Origin: a virus
IMG/VR virus record: IMGVR_UViG_3300027985_000286
Coordinates: 64,001-128,000 of that record
DNA: 64,000 nucleotides
Reading direction: 5' to 3' (one strand)
Both the position numbers and the translations under genes were made by a program. This document shows positions 54,046-63,069 of this stretch, piece by piece (position 1 is the first letter of the stretch; every line of letters starts with the position of its first letter). Under the pieces are notes generated by a model. That model was not told where the DNA came from. It searched no databases and saw only the letters and a program-made list of their open reading frames with translations.

Positions 54046-54252
54046 ATGGCAAGAAATAGGAAAGATTTCGTCAACGGTTGCCCCGGAGAAGAAGAGGGAG
54101 CGCACGACTACCTAAAAGAGGTTCTTGATGAGATTGAGAACAGAGTCAACTTAATCAAGGATCTTTTAGAAAACATCAAAGGCGTGCGTGACCTAGGTCA
54201 AGCGGAAGATGCTATGAGAGAGCTTGATGACCTTTCAGAGGATCTGTACTAA
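54046..54252 (+). CDS. Hypothetical acidic helical protein
   Basis: AAGGAG RBS. Confidence 0.6.
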   Translation: MARNRKDFVNGCPGEEEGAHDYLKEVLDEIENRVNLIKDLLENIKGVRDLGQAEDAMRELDDLSEDLY

Positions 54253-54261
54253 GGAGGCTAT

Positions 54262-54486
54262 ATGAAAGAGGTGGTGTTGCCATTTGCAAGTGCCTTCAGG
54301 TTGGCGGTCAAGGAAAACATCGAACGAGATCAGAGGAAGGGGTTGATCTCTAAGGTTCACGGTGACGTTGCTGACCTCTACGAAGAGGAAGCACGGGATG
54401 TACTAATTCGTACAGGGGCGAACTACAAGCCTGAGTACCCTGATCACCATTTCATTAAGGTAGAGGGGTTTATTGATGAACGTTAG
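54262..54486 (+). CDS. Hypothetical protein
   Basis: AAGGAGG RBS. Confidence 0.65.
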   Translation: MKEVVLPFASAFRLAVKENIERDQRKGLISKVHGDVADLYEEEARDVLIRTGANYKPEYPDHHFIKVEGFIDER

Positions 54487-54682
54487 TTTGGTTATACCTA
54501 AGTCCACTTTTGACCAATTTCGTAAATCTAACCCCAATCTTCGGTGGGGTCAAGAATTCTACACGTTTATGCAACTGCATAAGGTTAAGTCTGAACGTGT
54601 CTTTTTCGACAGGTTGTATAACGAACAGTCCGACGAAGTAGCCAAGAAGATGGTATTAAGCATAGTAGACCACACCCAGTGA
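54476..54682 (+). CDS. Hypothetical protein
   Basis: GAGGGG RBS; LRWGQEFY.FM.L. Confidence 0.6.
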   Translation: MNVSLVIPKSTFDQFRKSNPNLRWGQEFYTFMQLHKVKSERVFFDRLYNEQSDEVAKKMVLSIVDHTQ

Positions 54683-54828
54683 CTGGGAGGTTGGTGTTGA
54701 CGATGAAGCAATTGTATCTGGTGACTACACTCTAGTGAAGAGTTTTGGCATAGGTACAAAGGACTCGAAGACGAGGTACAGCCTTATGATTTTCGATAAT
54801 GATAAGAAGGTTGTAAGGTGAAACCAGA

Positions 54829-54892
54829 TACTCCTCTAGTACAGGAGTAGGGGTTAAATAATCTTGCTAGAGGAGTTCTAGCTTAGTACAAT
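54829..54892 (+). promoter_or_regulatory. Compound promoter region of the NAD operon: late TAAATA, sigma70 TTGCTA-N17-TACAAT and palindromes
   Basis: TAAATA 54855; TTGCTA 54864 / TACAAT 54887; GCTAGA-GGAGT-TCTAGC across the -35 and spacer; TACTCCT..AGGAGTA at 54829-54849. Confidence 0.6.
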
Positions 54893-54928
54893 ACGTGTAA
54901 CTAGCAGTTCACTACATTGGGGAGTCCA

Positions 54929-55969
54929 ATGATGCAAAGTAAGCCTTATGACCTTATCGTTTACATCGGTAGGTTCCAACCTTTTCACTTTGGTCACTAC
55001 AAGGTTGCGCGCTACGCGCAAAGTATTTCAGAGAACCTTCTGATTCTGATTGGTTCTTCTGAGTCTCCTAGAACACCCAAGAACCCCTGGACATTCTTAG
55101 AAAGGGCTGAGATGGTACGCTGTTTACCATCACTGAACCTGTACATCAGACCCGTTCCGGATGTCATGTACGATGATTCAGCTTGGGTTGCCATCGTTGA
55201 TGGCTGCATTGAAGAAATCAAGAGCCGAACTAATGCCAAGAAGATTGGCATTATAGGTTTCAATAAGGACGAGTCCTCCTATTACCTAGACTACTTCAAA
55301 CAGCGGACGACATTTGTCCAGGCTCCTGAGTTTTCTGCAGGTGACCAACCGCTGAGCTCTACTGACATCAGGTCGTCTATGTTCAACGGTCTTCACGTCT
55401 TCACTAAGTCCGTTCTTCCGATTGATGTGTACTCCAAGTTCGTCGAGAATTTCGTCAAAACGTACCACTTCGAAGATCTGAAGAAGGACTACCAAGCTGT
55501 TTCGGATTACAAGAAGGCTTGGGCTAACAGTCCGTACCCACCAATTTTTACGACGGTTGACTGTGTTGTCGTACAGTCTGGCCACATCCTCTTGGTAAAA
55601 AGAGGAGCGTACCCTGGTAAGGGTTTGTGGGCATTGCCTGGCGGTTTTGTTAACCAGAATGAGCATATCCTGGATGCTGCAATCCGAGAGCTCAGAGAAG
55701 AGACTGGATTGCACGTTGCGGAAAAGGTTCTGCGCGGATCTATCCGAAAAGTAAAGGTGTTTGATAACCCGGATAGGTCAAGTAGAGGAAGAACCATCAC
55801 TCACGTACATGGTATCCGTTTGGACGACAAGAAGGACCTTCCAAGGGTTACCGGTGGTGATGATGCAGTAGAGGCAAAGTGGTTTTCTTTCGGCGAGTTC
55901 TACGGTATGCAGAGAGTGATGTTCGAAGACCACTATTTCATCGGCCGTTCAATCGTAAGTCAAATCTAA
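54929..55969 (+). CDS. nadM: Bifunctional NMN adenylyltransferase / ADP-ribose pyrophosphatase (NadM-Nudix)
   Basis: YIGRFQPFHFGH, KNPWTF.ER, SSTDIR; Nudix box GGFV...E....AAIRELREETGL. Confidence 0.95.
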   Translation: MMQSKPYDLIVYIGRFQPFHFGHYKVARYAQSISENLLILIGSSESPRTPKNPWTFLERAEMVRCLPSLNLYIRPVPDVMYDDSAWVAIVDGCIEEIKSRTNAKKIGIIGFNKDESSYYLDYFKQRTTFVQAPEFSAGDQPLSSTDIRSSMFNGLHVFTKSVLPIDVYSKFVENFVKTYHFEDLKKDYQAVSDYKKAWANSPYPPIFTTVDCVVVQSGHILLVKRGAYPGKGLWALPGGFVNQNEHILDAAIRELREETGLHVAEKVLRGSIRKVKVFDNPDRSSRGRTITHVHGIRLDDKKDLPRVTGGDDAVEAKWFSFGEFYGMQRVMFEDHYFIGRSIVSQI

Positions 55970-55982
55970 GGGGAGCCCGAAG

Positions 55983-57383
55983 ATGCGCGTTAATCCTATT
56001 CTTAATACTGATAGTTACAAGTACAGCCACTACCTGCAATATCCGCCAAGAACCCAGTACGTTACTTCGTACATCGAAGCCAGAGGGTCTTACGACCCTG
56101 ACTATAACGAAACTGTTTTCTTCGGATTGCAAGCATTCCTTATGGAATACATGATGCAACCGATCACTATGTTTGACGTGATGGAAGCCAATTTCATCGT
56201 GTCAGCGCATGGTGAGCCCTTTAACCTGGAAGGTTGGAAGAAGATCGTAAACAAGCACGGCGGTTTCCTCCCTGTCAAGATTGAGGCGGTACCGGAGGGC
56301 ACTGCTGTTCCTCTGCGCAATGTCCTGGTGCAGGTGACCAACACTGATCCAGAACTCCCTTGGGTGACTACCTTTGTTGAGACTGCAATCCTCAGGGCAG
56401 TGTGGTACCCCTCAACCGTGGCCACCATTAGCATGAAGATTCGCAACATGCTCAAAGAGTATGCAGCGAAGTCTGGTTCTGTTGAAGGTGTTGACTTCAA
56501 GCTACACGATTTTGGAGCAAGAGGCGTTTCGTCTAACGAGTCTGCAATGCTCGGAGGCTTGGCCCATCTTGCTACCGGGGCGATGGGGACTGACACCGTC
56601 ATGTCATTGGTCGGTGCTCTGAACTACTATGACCAGCCAGATGCTGGGTTTTCAATTCCAGCAGCAGAGCACAGTACCATCACTTCCTGGGGCCCTGACC
56701 ACGAGATTGATGCGTATCGGAACATGCTCCAGCAGTTCGCCAAGCCTGGGTCCCTTGTAGCGGTTGTTTCTGACTCGTACAATATCTGGAATGCAGTTGA
56801 CAATCTCTGGGGCGAAGAGCTCAAGAAGGATGTCATCAATAGCGGAGCAACTGTTGTTGTTCGCCCAGATAGCGGTGACCCAACTACCGTACCGGTTGAG
56901 GTGATAGAAAGACTGATGCTGAAGTACGGTTATACCGTGAACGAGAAAGGGTACAAGACTCTTCCGAAGTGCATTCGAGTTATCCAAGGTGACGGAATCA
57001 ACAAGGATTCTATCAAGCAAATCCTTGCGAATATGGATGACAAGAAGCTTTCGCTAGACAACATCGCGTTTGGTATGGGTGGTGCGTTGCTCCAGAAGAT
57101 GGACAGAGATACGTTCATGTGGGCAATGAAAGAGAGCAACATTGTCGTTGATGGCAAGTCCCGTGACGTTTTCAAGAGCCCTGTAGGCGACGCAGTGAAG
57201 GCATCCAAACGCGGACGTTTGAAGCTGGTGCGTAACCCTCAGAACAATATGTTCACTACCATGAAGGAGTCTGTTGTGCACTTTGCTGGTGATGTGTCTG
57301 TCATGCGTGATGTCTACGAGGACGGTGTTCTCTACAACAAAACTACACTGAAAGAGGTTCGTGCGACTGCAAATGCTTCTTGA
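55983..57383 (+). CDS. nadV: Nicotinamide phosphoribosyltransferase (NAMPT)
   Basis: TDSYKYSH..QYP, LHDFGARG, SIPAAEHS, VSDSY, VRPDSGDP, IQGDG, FGMGG.LLQ. Confidence 0.96.
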   Translation: MRVNPILNTDSYKYSHYLQYPPRTQYVTSYIEARGSYDPDYNETVFFGLQAFLMEYMMQPITMFDVMEANFIVSAHGEPFNLEGWKKIVNKHGGFLPVKIEAVPEGTAVPLRNVLVQVTNTDPELPWVTTFVETAILRAVWYPSTVATISMKIRNMLKEYAAKSGSVEGVDFKLHDFGARGVSSNESAMLGGLAHLATGAMGTDTVMSLVGALNYYDQPDAGFSIPAAEHSTITSWGPDHEIDAYRNMLQQFAKPGSLVAVVSDSYNIWNAVDNLWGEELKKDVINSGATVVVRPDSGDPTTVPVEVIERLMLKYGYTVNEKGYKTLPKCIRVIQGDGINKDSIKQILANMDDKKLSLDNIAFGMGGALLQKMDRDTFMWAMKESNIVVDGKSRDVFKSPVGDAVKASKRGRLKLVRNPQNNMFTTMKESVVHFAGDVSVMRDVYEDGVLYNKTTLKEVRATANAS

Positions 57384-57408
57384 CCTCCAGGGTGAGAAGC
57401 GTTATAAT
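57380..57408 (+). promoter_or_regulatory. Near-consensus sigma70 promoter for rIIA
   Basis: TTGACC-N17-TATAAT. Confidence 0.75.
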
Positions 57409-57439
57409 GAGCAAATTGTAAAGAGGAGGGTTACTCAGG

Positions 57440-60373
57440 ATGAAGGTTGCTTTTGACGACTCAGAAGTGCTGATTAGTGGAGAGAGAGAAACGCAGGATT
57501 TTCGGTTCAAGGCCTCTGGCCATGCGTTTAAGATTATGTCAGACACGCTGTACTCTGACAAAGTCAGGGCAATCATTCGTGAGTTGAGTACCAATGCTTG
57601 GGACTCGCACAAGGACGCAGGGAAGGAGGACGTCAAGTTTGACGTCCACTTCCCTACGATCTTTGATCCCTACTTCTACGTGAGAGACTACGGCACCGGG
57701 TTGTCACATAGTGATGTGATGAACCTCTACACCACATTCTTTGAGTCTACCAAGACAAACAGCAACGACTTTGTGGGCGCGTTGGGGCTGGGCTCTAAGA
57801 GTCCTTTTGGGTACACTGACCAGATTGTGGTGGATAGCTGGTTTGATGGGAATCACCGTAGTTACTCTACGTTCATAGGAGACGCCGGTATTCCGAAGTG
57901 TGTTCTTCTATCCACCAAGAAGTGTGATCCTGATGAGACGGGTATCAAGGTAACTATTCCTGTGGAAGAGAAGGACTGCCATTCTGGTGGCGTTTTCTTC
58001 CAGAAGGCTCTTTTGGTATTCCCTGTGTTTGAGGTTTTGCCTAATCTACTAAACCTCGAGAAGAACTACTTAGAGCAGATCGAAGAGGATCATCGGTTGT
58101 TCTGGGAAGAGTGTCCAAAGCTAGGAGAATCAGAGTACACCAAGAACACCTTGAACTTCCATAAGATTAGCGCGTTTCCTTGGTACGTAAGACAGGGTAA
58201 CGTCATTTACCCTGTCAGCGTTAACGACATCAAGATTAACGATGATAACGCCGAAAAAGAGAAAGACACCAAGCAGTTGGTTGAATGGTTTAGCAAGTAT
58301 CTTTTTTCCGTTCTAGGTACCAACAGGTACTCGAGCAGTCATGCTTGCTTGATATCAAACGTCGAAATCGGACAGGTATCTGTCGCCCCTTCTAGAGAGG
58401 CTTTGAGTTACGACGACGTTACGTCAAGTTTCATTATGAGTCAAATCAGTAAAGTTACTCAAGCCATGGTTGATTCTTATACAGAATCGTATCGTGCGTA
58501 CGAGAACCCAGATGATTTGTTTGCTGCAGTAAGCGAGCTGAAAAGAAAGGTTGTTGTTGTTCCGGAATGGCTTGAGACTAGAGTAGCTGAGTCACCTTAC
58601 AAAGCCGACGGCCTTGATAAATGGCTGATGCTCAGCCTTACTAACAAGTTCCCTCAGTTTTCCAAAAATTATCAAGGAACTATCGTCGAGACTGTCTCTG
58701 AGGTTTTGTGTAACACTATCCCTGACAGTCTAAGGCAAGATGTTTTGATCAAGCCTAAGGATCATGTTATTGAGGCCATGGTCTCCGGAGGAGTCGAACC
58801 CAGAGTCATAGAAAAGACATCAAAGGGCACATCTACTCCTATACTCTTCAATCTTCACGAAGTGAGCTCTAAGGAATCGTACAACTCGAAAGATTCATAC
58901 CCTACCTACAACGGTTACGGTAGTAGTGTTAGCTCTATTATGAGCCTTAGGACTCGACTCAGTAACGAAAAGAAAAACTACCCTAGCAACAAGAAAGAGA
59001 TAGTTACAGTAATTCTTGTTGATGACTTCAAGACCATCAGCGCTGGTAATAAGATCGCAAAGCTCATTAGAGACTACTCAGACGATCTTATTCTGTGCGG
59101 AGAGATTTTTGTTTATCGACCTGCAAACTCGTCGATTAGAGGTTACAAAGATAATCTGAAGATGGTAGGTACTACCGGGTCATCGTATATAGAGCAGGAT
59201 ATTGACGCTGACAAGGTGTACCAGTACTTCAAGGACACTGTTGTTCCTGTGATGGAATGGATCACTGGTGGAAAGGCAGTTATTTACTCTGATATCATCG
59301 AAGGCCTTGAGAAGAAACGCCGCGATGAGATGAAGAAGGCTAAAGCTGCGTCCAACCAGAATACTTTCCCTGTGAAGTGTCTGGGTGTTGGTAAGAGTGC
59401 GTGGTCGACTGGAGTAGAGGATATTCTGGAGTACGCGCGTAAGCACCAAAATATCTTTGTGGTGTACACAAAAGGTTCAATGTACCATTTCATCGACGGC
59501 GTAAAGGAATCTATTGCTTATAGCTCAGGTACCGAGATCATTGAACGGTTCCGAAGAGCGTTCAATTTCAAGGATAAGGTATTCTTCCTTAACCAAGTAG
59601 ATACTAAGTCTGTCAAAAAGGCGGGGCTGGCTGACAGGTTGATTAATTTCTACGATTGGATGTCTGTAACGTTTAGCACGTTCTCCGAACGGCACCCGTT
59701 GGCGTATGCCATGGCAAGGATTGGTCCGTCCAAACAGCCAGTGTCTCATAGAATCGTTCAAAGGGCTGCATCTCTTATTAGCGATGACTTCTTCGTTAAG
59801 AACTTCGAAGAACTTTTCGGTCATAGCGGTTTAAGACTTAAGAACTCTTCTGTGATCGATACGTTTATCAAAAAGGCTTCAGTCTTCAGGCTAGTACCTG
59901 AAGAAATGAGTCCTCTAGGTAAACCAAGTGCAACGTCGGTAAGAAACGCATCTTCATTGATTACAAAGGATACTCTTGCTGATGAGGTCGGAGAGGCTGC
60001 TGCCAACCTTGACATGCTGAAGAAGGTGAAGGACAAGATTAGGTTCTTCGTTAATCATCGGTACGAGTTGCTAAGCTTGAATAGTGTAACCAAGTCCAAC
60101 AGGTTTATGCCAAGGAGCAAGATCGCGTCTGATATCAAAGACTCTGCAAATAAGGTGATTCAGCTAGTAAAAGGTGAGCCAAGCCAGATGGGTGGGTTCT
60201 TGCACAAGGTTTATGAAAGGTACCCTCTCTTGAACGGTGTTGTGGTGTCAGCCATACCAGAAGATTTAGTCTTAGACCACATGAAGTTTTACATTTCAGC
60301 GGTTGACAAGGCTGCAGAATGCGTGCAAAATACGCAGACCCTAAACAAAGGAGACGAGAATGTCACTCTATGA
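57440..60373 (+). CDS. rIIA: rIIA-like protein (N-terminal GHKL ATPase)
   Basis: AFKI.SD.LYSDK.RA..REL.TNA.DSH, VRDYGTGL, STK..SND.VG.LGLGSKSPF.YTD, APSREAL.YD. Confidence 0.92.
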   Translation: MKVAFDDSEVLISGERETQDFRFKASGHAFKIMSDTLYSDKVRAIIRELSTNAWDSHKDAGKEDVKFDVHFPTIFDPYFYVRDYGTGLSHSDVMNLYTTFFESTKTNSNDFVGALGLGSKSPFGYTDQIVVDSWFDGNHRSYSTFIGDAGIPKCVLLSTKKCDPDETGIKVTIPVEEKDCHSGGVFFQKALLVFPVFEVLPNLLNLEKNYLEQIEEDHRLFWEECPKLGESEYTKNTLNFHKISAFPWYVRQGNVIYPVSVNDIKINDDNAEKEKDTKQLVEWFSKYLFSVLGTNRYSSSHACLISNVEIGQVSVAPSREALSYDDVTSSFIMSQISKVTQAMVDSYTESYRAYENPDDLFAAVSELKRKVVVVPEWLETRVAESPYKADGLDKWLMLSLTNKFPQFSKNYQGTIVETVSEVLCNTIPDSLRQDVLIKPKDHVIEAMVSGGVEPRVIEKTSKGTSTPILFNLHEVSSKESYNSKDSYPTYNGYGSSVSSIMSLRTRLSNEKKNYPSNKKEIVTVILVDDFKTISAGNKIAKLIRDYSDDLILCGEIFVYRPANSSIRGYKDNLKMVGTTGSSYIEQDIDADKVYQYFKDTVVPVMEWITGGKAVIYSDIIEGLEKKRRDEMKKAKAASNQNTFPVKCLGVGKSAWSTGVEDILEYARKHQNIFVVYTKGSMYHFIDGVKESIAYSSGTEIIERFRRAFNFKDKVFFLNQVDTKSVKKAGLADRLINFYDWMSVTFSTFSERHPLAYAMARIGPSKQPVSHRIVQRAASLISDDFFVKNFEELFGHSGLRLKNSSVIDTFIKKASVFRLVPEEMSPLGKPSATSVRNASSLITKDTLADEVGEAAANLDMLKKVKDKIRFFVNHRYELLSLNSVTKSNRFMPRSKIASDIKDSANKVIQLVKGEPSQMGGFLHKVYERYPLLNGVVVSAIPEDLVLDHMKFYISAVDKAAECVQNTQTLNKGDENVTL

Positions 60374-61613
60374 CGAACATAAGTATTCTTTCGCTATCGC
60401 TTATGCTGTATACGCAGGCGCGCATGTAAGTCTGTCTGACCTAGAGCGGTTTGGCAGTGTTGATTGCAGTCGGAAGACCTACTCGAAGGTTTTTAACGAT
60501 GCTGACAAACGTAACGAGATGGTCGGAACCCTGCTTACTGAGGTTGAGGGATACGAAGACCAGCTTGAAGAATCGCAGGTGTTTGACGATATCACTGCTC
60601 TCCTTGATGACATTGGCGGTGACAGTGAAGGTAAGGATGTAAAGTCTATCCTTAACGCTATTGGTGTTAGCCTTCCTGGAGAAGACGACGATGTGGACGA
60701 CGTAGACGACGACCCCTCAGAGCACGTTGACGTCGCTTACGAGGAAGAGGATGAGCCCGCCCAGGAACAGGTTGAATACATCGTTACTCGTGAGACTATT
60801 ACCCTGACTCGTGGTAACGAGACTCGCACTATCAAGAAGAGCATGGGTGTATTCGATGACGTTCGTGATCTCATTCTGGAGGATGACCTCGAAGGTGCTT
60901 GGTCTTCGGCATCGCCCAAAGAGTCCCTGATGAAGGCTACTGCTGGCTTCATTACCATCGAGGGAAACCAGGTCTTGTTCCAGGGTGTTCCTCTGAAGAA
61001 CGAGATGGCGAATCGAGTCATCTCACTCGTCACGCGCCATGGATCGAAGTATGTCGGCCATCTTGCGAATTTTGCAAGTCGCTGCATGGAGAACACGTCT
61101 TTCCGGGCAATCAACGAGCTCCTGAGCTTCATGGAGAAGAACACTCTCCCTATCACCGCTGATGGGTGCTTCTTGACTTATAAGAAGGTGAATCCCAAGT
61201 ACATGGATATTCACTCAACGAGTGTCTGTAACATGCCTTGGGACGTTTATACCAAGTCCTTTAACGGTTCGAAGCTCGAATACCCTGTGCTCTTGAAGGG
61301 CGGCAAGAACGATGAGGTGACCACCATCTACACTGAAGACGGTTGTGCGATTGTTAGCACCGATCGTCGTAACGTGGACGATAACTACAATCAGACCTGC
61401 TCTAACGGTCTGCATGTTTGCGGGTATAGTTACCTTGGACACTTTGGTTCTCATGAGTCTGGCACAGACAAGATCTTGGTCTGCAAGGTAGACCCGAAGA
61501 ACGTGGTTTCTGTTCCTCGTGATTACAATGACCAGAAGATGCGAGTTTGTGAGTACGAGATTGTAGGTACGATCCTTCCGGGTAGTCAGGTCAAGGATAT
61601 GTTTGTGGATTGA
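60360..61613 (+). CDS. rIIB: rIIB-like protein
   Basis: N.S.RA..EL..F....LPIT.DG.FL.YK.V, TCS.GLHV, KVDP..VVSVP.DYN..K.RVCEY. Confidence 0.92.
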   Translation: MSLYDEHKYSFAIAYAVYAGAHVSLSDLERFGSVDCSRKTYSKVFNDADKRNEMVGTLLTEVEGYEDQLEESQVFDDITALLDDIGGDSEGKDVKSILNAIGVSLPGEDDDVDDVDDDPSEHVDVAYEEEDEPAQEQVEYIVTRETITLTRGNETRTIKKSMGVFDDVRDLILEDDLEGAWSSASPKESLMKATAGFITIEGNQVLFQGVPLKNEMANRVISLVTRHGSKYVGHLANFASRCMENTSFRAINELLSFMEKNTLPITADGCFLTYKKVNPKYMDIHSTSVCNMPWDVYTKSFNGSKLEYPVLLKGGKNDEVTTIYTEDGCAIVSTDRRNVDDNYNQTCSNGLHVCGYSYLGHFGSHESGTDKILVCKVDPKNVVSVPRDYNDQKMRVCEYEIVGTILPGSQVKDMFVD

Positions 61614-61660
61614 TTTGACCGACAGCTTGGGGTGGGGATAACCCACCCCAAGGAGGGTAC

Positions 61661-62023
61661 GTGGAAAAAGAATATGAGAAACTAGCGTACTTTGCGCGTC
61701 CTGTTGTAAACTTTGGTACTGAACAGGATAAGAAAGACATTGAGATGATTGAGTCTTTGGGCTATACTGTGATTGACATCACAACCCCAGAGGTAAAATT
61801 GATGTATCAACTTCACGGAATGTCCGTATTCGAACCTCTGGTTAAGAAGTCAAGCGTAGTCTTTTTTAGAGCGTTTCTAAGCGGTTCTATAGGAGCAGGC
61901 GTATACAAGGAGGTATGTTGGGCTAGAGACGCTAGGAAGCCTGTCCTAGAGCTTCCTACAGGGGTTTCTGACAGAGCTTTAACAGTAGAACAAACCAGGT
62001 TGAAGCTGAGGTACAATGACTGA
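61661..62023 (+). CDS. Nucleoside 2-deoxyribosyltransferase-like fold protein
   Basis: AYFARP, G.IGAGVY.E..WA....KPV. Confidence 0.55.
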   Translation: MEKEYEKLAYFARPVVNFGTEQDKKDIEMIESLGYTVIDITTPEVKLMYQLHGMSVFEPLVKKSSVVFFRAFLSGSIGAGVYKEVCWARDARKPVLELPTGVSDRALTVEQTRLKLRYND

Positions 62024-62033
62024 GGTAATCTGA

Positions 62034-62525
62034 GTGATGACTTCAAGTGAACTGGTGTATATCTATAGGGTAGAGGATAATGACGGTGCAGGTATGTACC
62101 AGGTTTATCCATCATTCACCAAACTCATGTATATGTTCAACGAGGGTATTGACTGCGTAAACGATGACTATGAATACCTGGAAGAGCCCAACAAAGATAG
62201 CCACCCGGTCCCTAACGATGATATCCTCTGTTGGAAAGATCTAGATTTCGGCTTGAAGGAACAGCATTTCTTTGGTTTTTGCTCTGTGAAGCAACTGATG
62301 AATTGGACTGTCAATGCACAGCTGCGAGCCTTTATTGAGAGCAAGTACCAATCTTTGATGATTAGCATATACTCTGTACCAAAAGAGTTTGTCATGTACG
62401 GTGGTAAGCAAGTAGCGTTCATCAGAGAAAAAGCTACGCTAGAGGAAAGAAAACCGTTGACTTGGGCAGATAAGGCTGCTAAAATAACTGAAAGTTTACA
62501 AAGCGCCCGTAGCTCAGTTGGATAG
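62034..62525 (+). CDS. Hypothetical protein (3' end overlaps tRNA-Arg)
   Basis: IYRVE..DG.G.Y, HP.P..D, FGF.S..QL..W, V..G.KQV.F. Confidence 0.7.
   Translation: MMTSSELVYIYRVEDNDGAGMYQVYPSFTKLMYMFNEGIDCVNDDYEYLEEPNKDSHPVPNDDILCWKDLDFGLKEQHFFGFCSVKQLMNWTVNAQLRAFIESKYQSLMISIYSVPKEFVMYGGKQVAFIREKATLEERKPLTWADKAAKITESLQSARSSVG
62457..62485 (+). promoter_or_regulatory. Sigma70 promoter for the tRNA cluster, embedded in the upstream CDS
   Basis: TTGACT-N17-TAAAAT with TG extension, 17 nt before the tRNA 5' end. Confidence 0.7.
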
Positions 62526-62579
62526 AGCAACGGCCTTCTAAGCCGTGGGCCGCAGGTTCGAGTCCTGCCGGGCGCGCCA
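62503..62579 (+). tRNA. tRNA-Arg (anticodon TCT)
   Basis: Acceptor GCGCCCG/CGGGCGC, anticodon arm ACGGC-CTTCTAA-GCCGT, GGTTCGAGTCC, encoded CCA. Confidence 0.97.
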
Positions 62580-62621
62580 ATTTACGTGATGTGTAAATAA
62601 TACACATCACGGAGAAAGACG

Positions 62622-62849
62622 ATGGCCAACGACCAACACAGTAGGATTATAGGTCACACAGAGATCGAAGAGATCAACATTCTTACAATCAACAAGATCA
62701 AGTCCATCGGACAAGAGCTTGGTCATACGATTGATGACATTGGTAGTAGAAAGGATGTTGACCAAGAAGCTGTTAATCACGCACGTCAGTACCTGCAAAC
62801 GTGCTTGATGTGGGCATGTCGTGCTGTTGCAAAGCCGGAGGGTTTCTAA
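62622..62849 (+). CDS. acb2: Acb2-like anti-CBASS sponge protein (divergent)
   Basis: DQH..I.G....E..I..IN.IK..G and C-terminal LQT..MW..RAVAKP..F match the Acb2 family pattern. Confidence 0.8.
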   Translation: MANDQHSRIIGHTEIEEINILTINKIKSIGQELGHTIDDIGSRKDVDQEAVNHARQYLQTCLMWACRAVAKPEGF

Positions 62850-62980
62850 TGGTCCTGAAGTTTGTTGTGAACGATGGCAACGATGTTGTAGTCCTTGGAG
62901 CGTACATGAACGCAGTTGTGCACAAGGATGATCTCAAACGATACGTGAAGATGTTCCCTATCCATTGGATTGTGGTTTAA
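62849..62980 (+). CDS. 43-aa hypothetical protein (not in ORF track)
   Basis: TAATG coupling with the acb2-like gene; GGAGGG RBS. Confidence 0.5.
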   Translation: MVLKFVVNDGNDVVVLGAYMNAVVHKDDLKRYVKMFPIHWIVV

Positions 62981-62987
62981 CCTCTTA

Positions 62988-63063
62988 GGGCCAGTAGCTC
63001 AGTTGGTAGAGCATCGGACTTTTAATCCGGGTGTCGAGGGTTCGAGTCCCTCCTGGCCCACCA
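62988..63063 (+). tRNA. tRNA-Lys (anticodon TTT)
   Basis: Acceptor GGGCCAG/CTGGCCC, anticodon arm TCGGA-CTTTTAA-TCCGG, GGTTCGAGTCC, encoded CCA. Confidence 0.97.
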
Positions 63064-63069
63064 ATTACA

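Noticed and set aside
54681-54821. Open frame DWEVGVDDEA...DKKVVR before the NAD operon
   Set aside because: No in-frame start with an RBS; possibly a gene remnant, but not supportable
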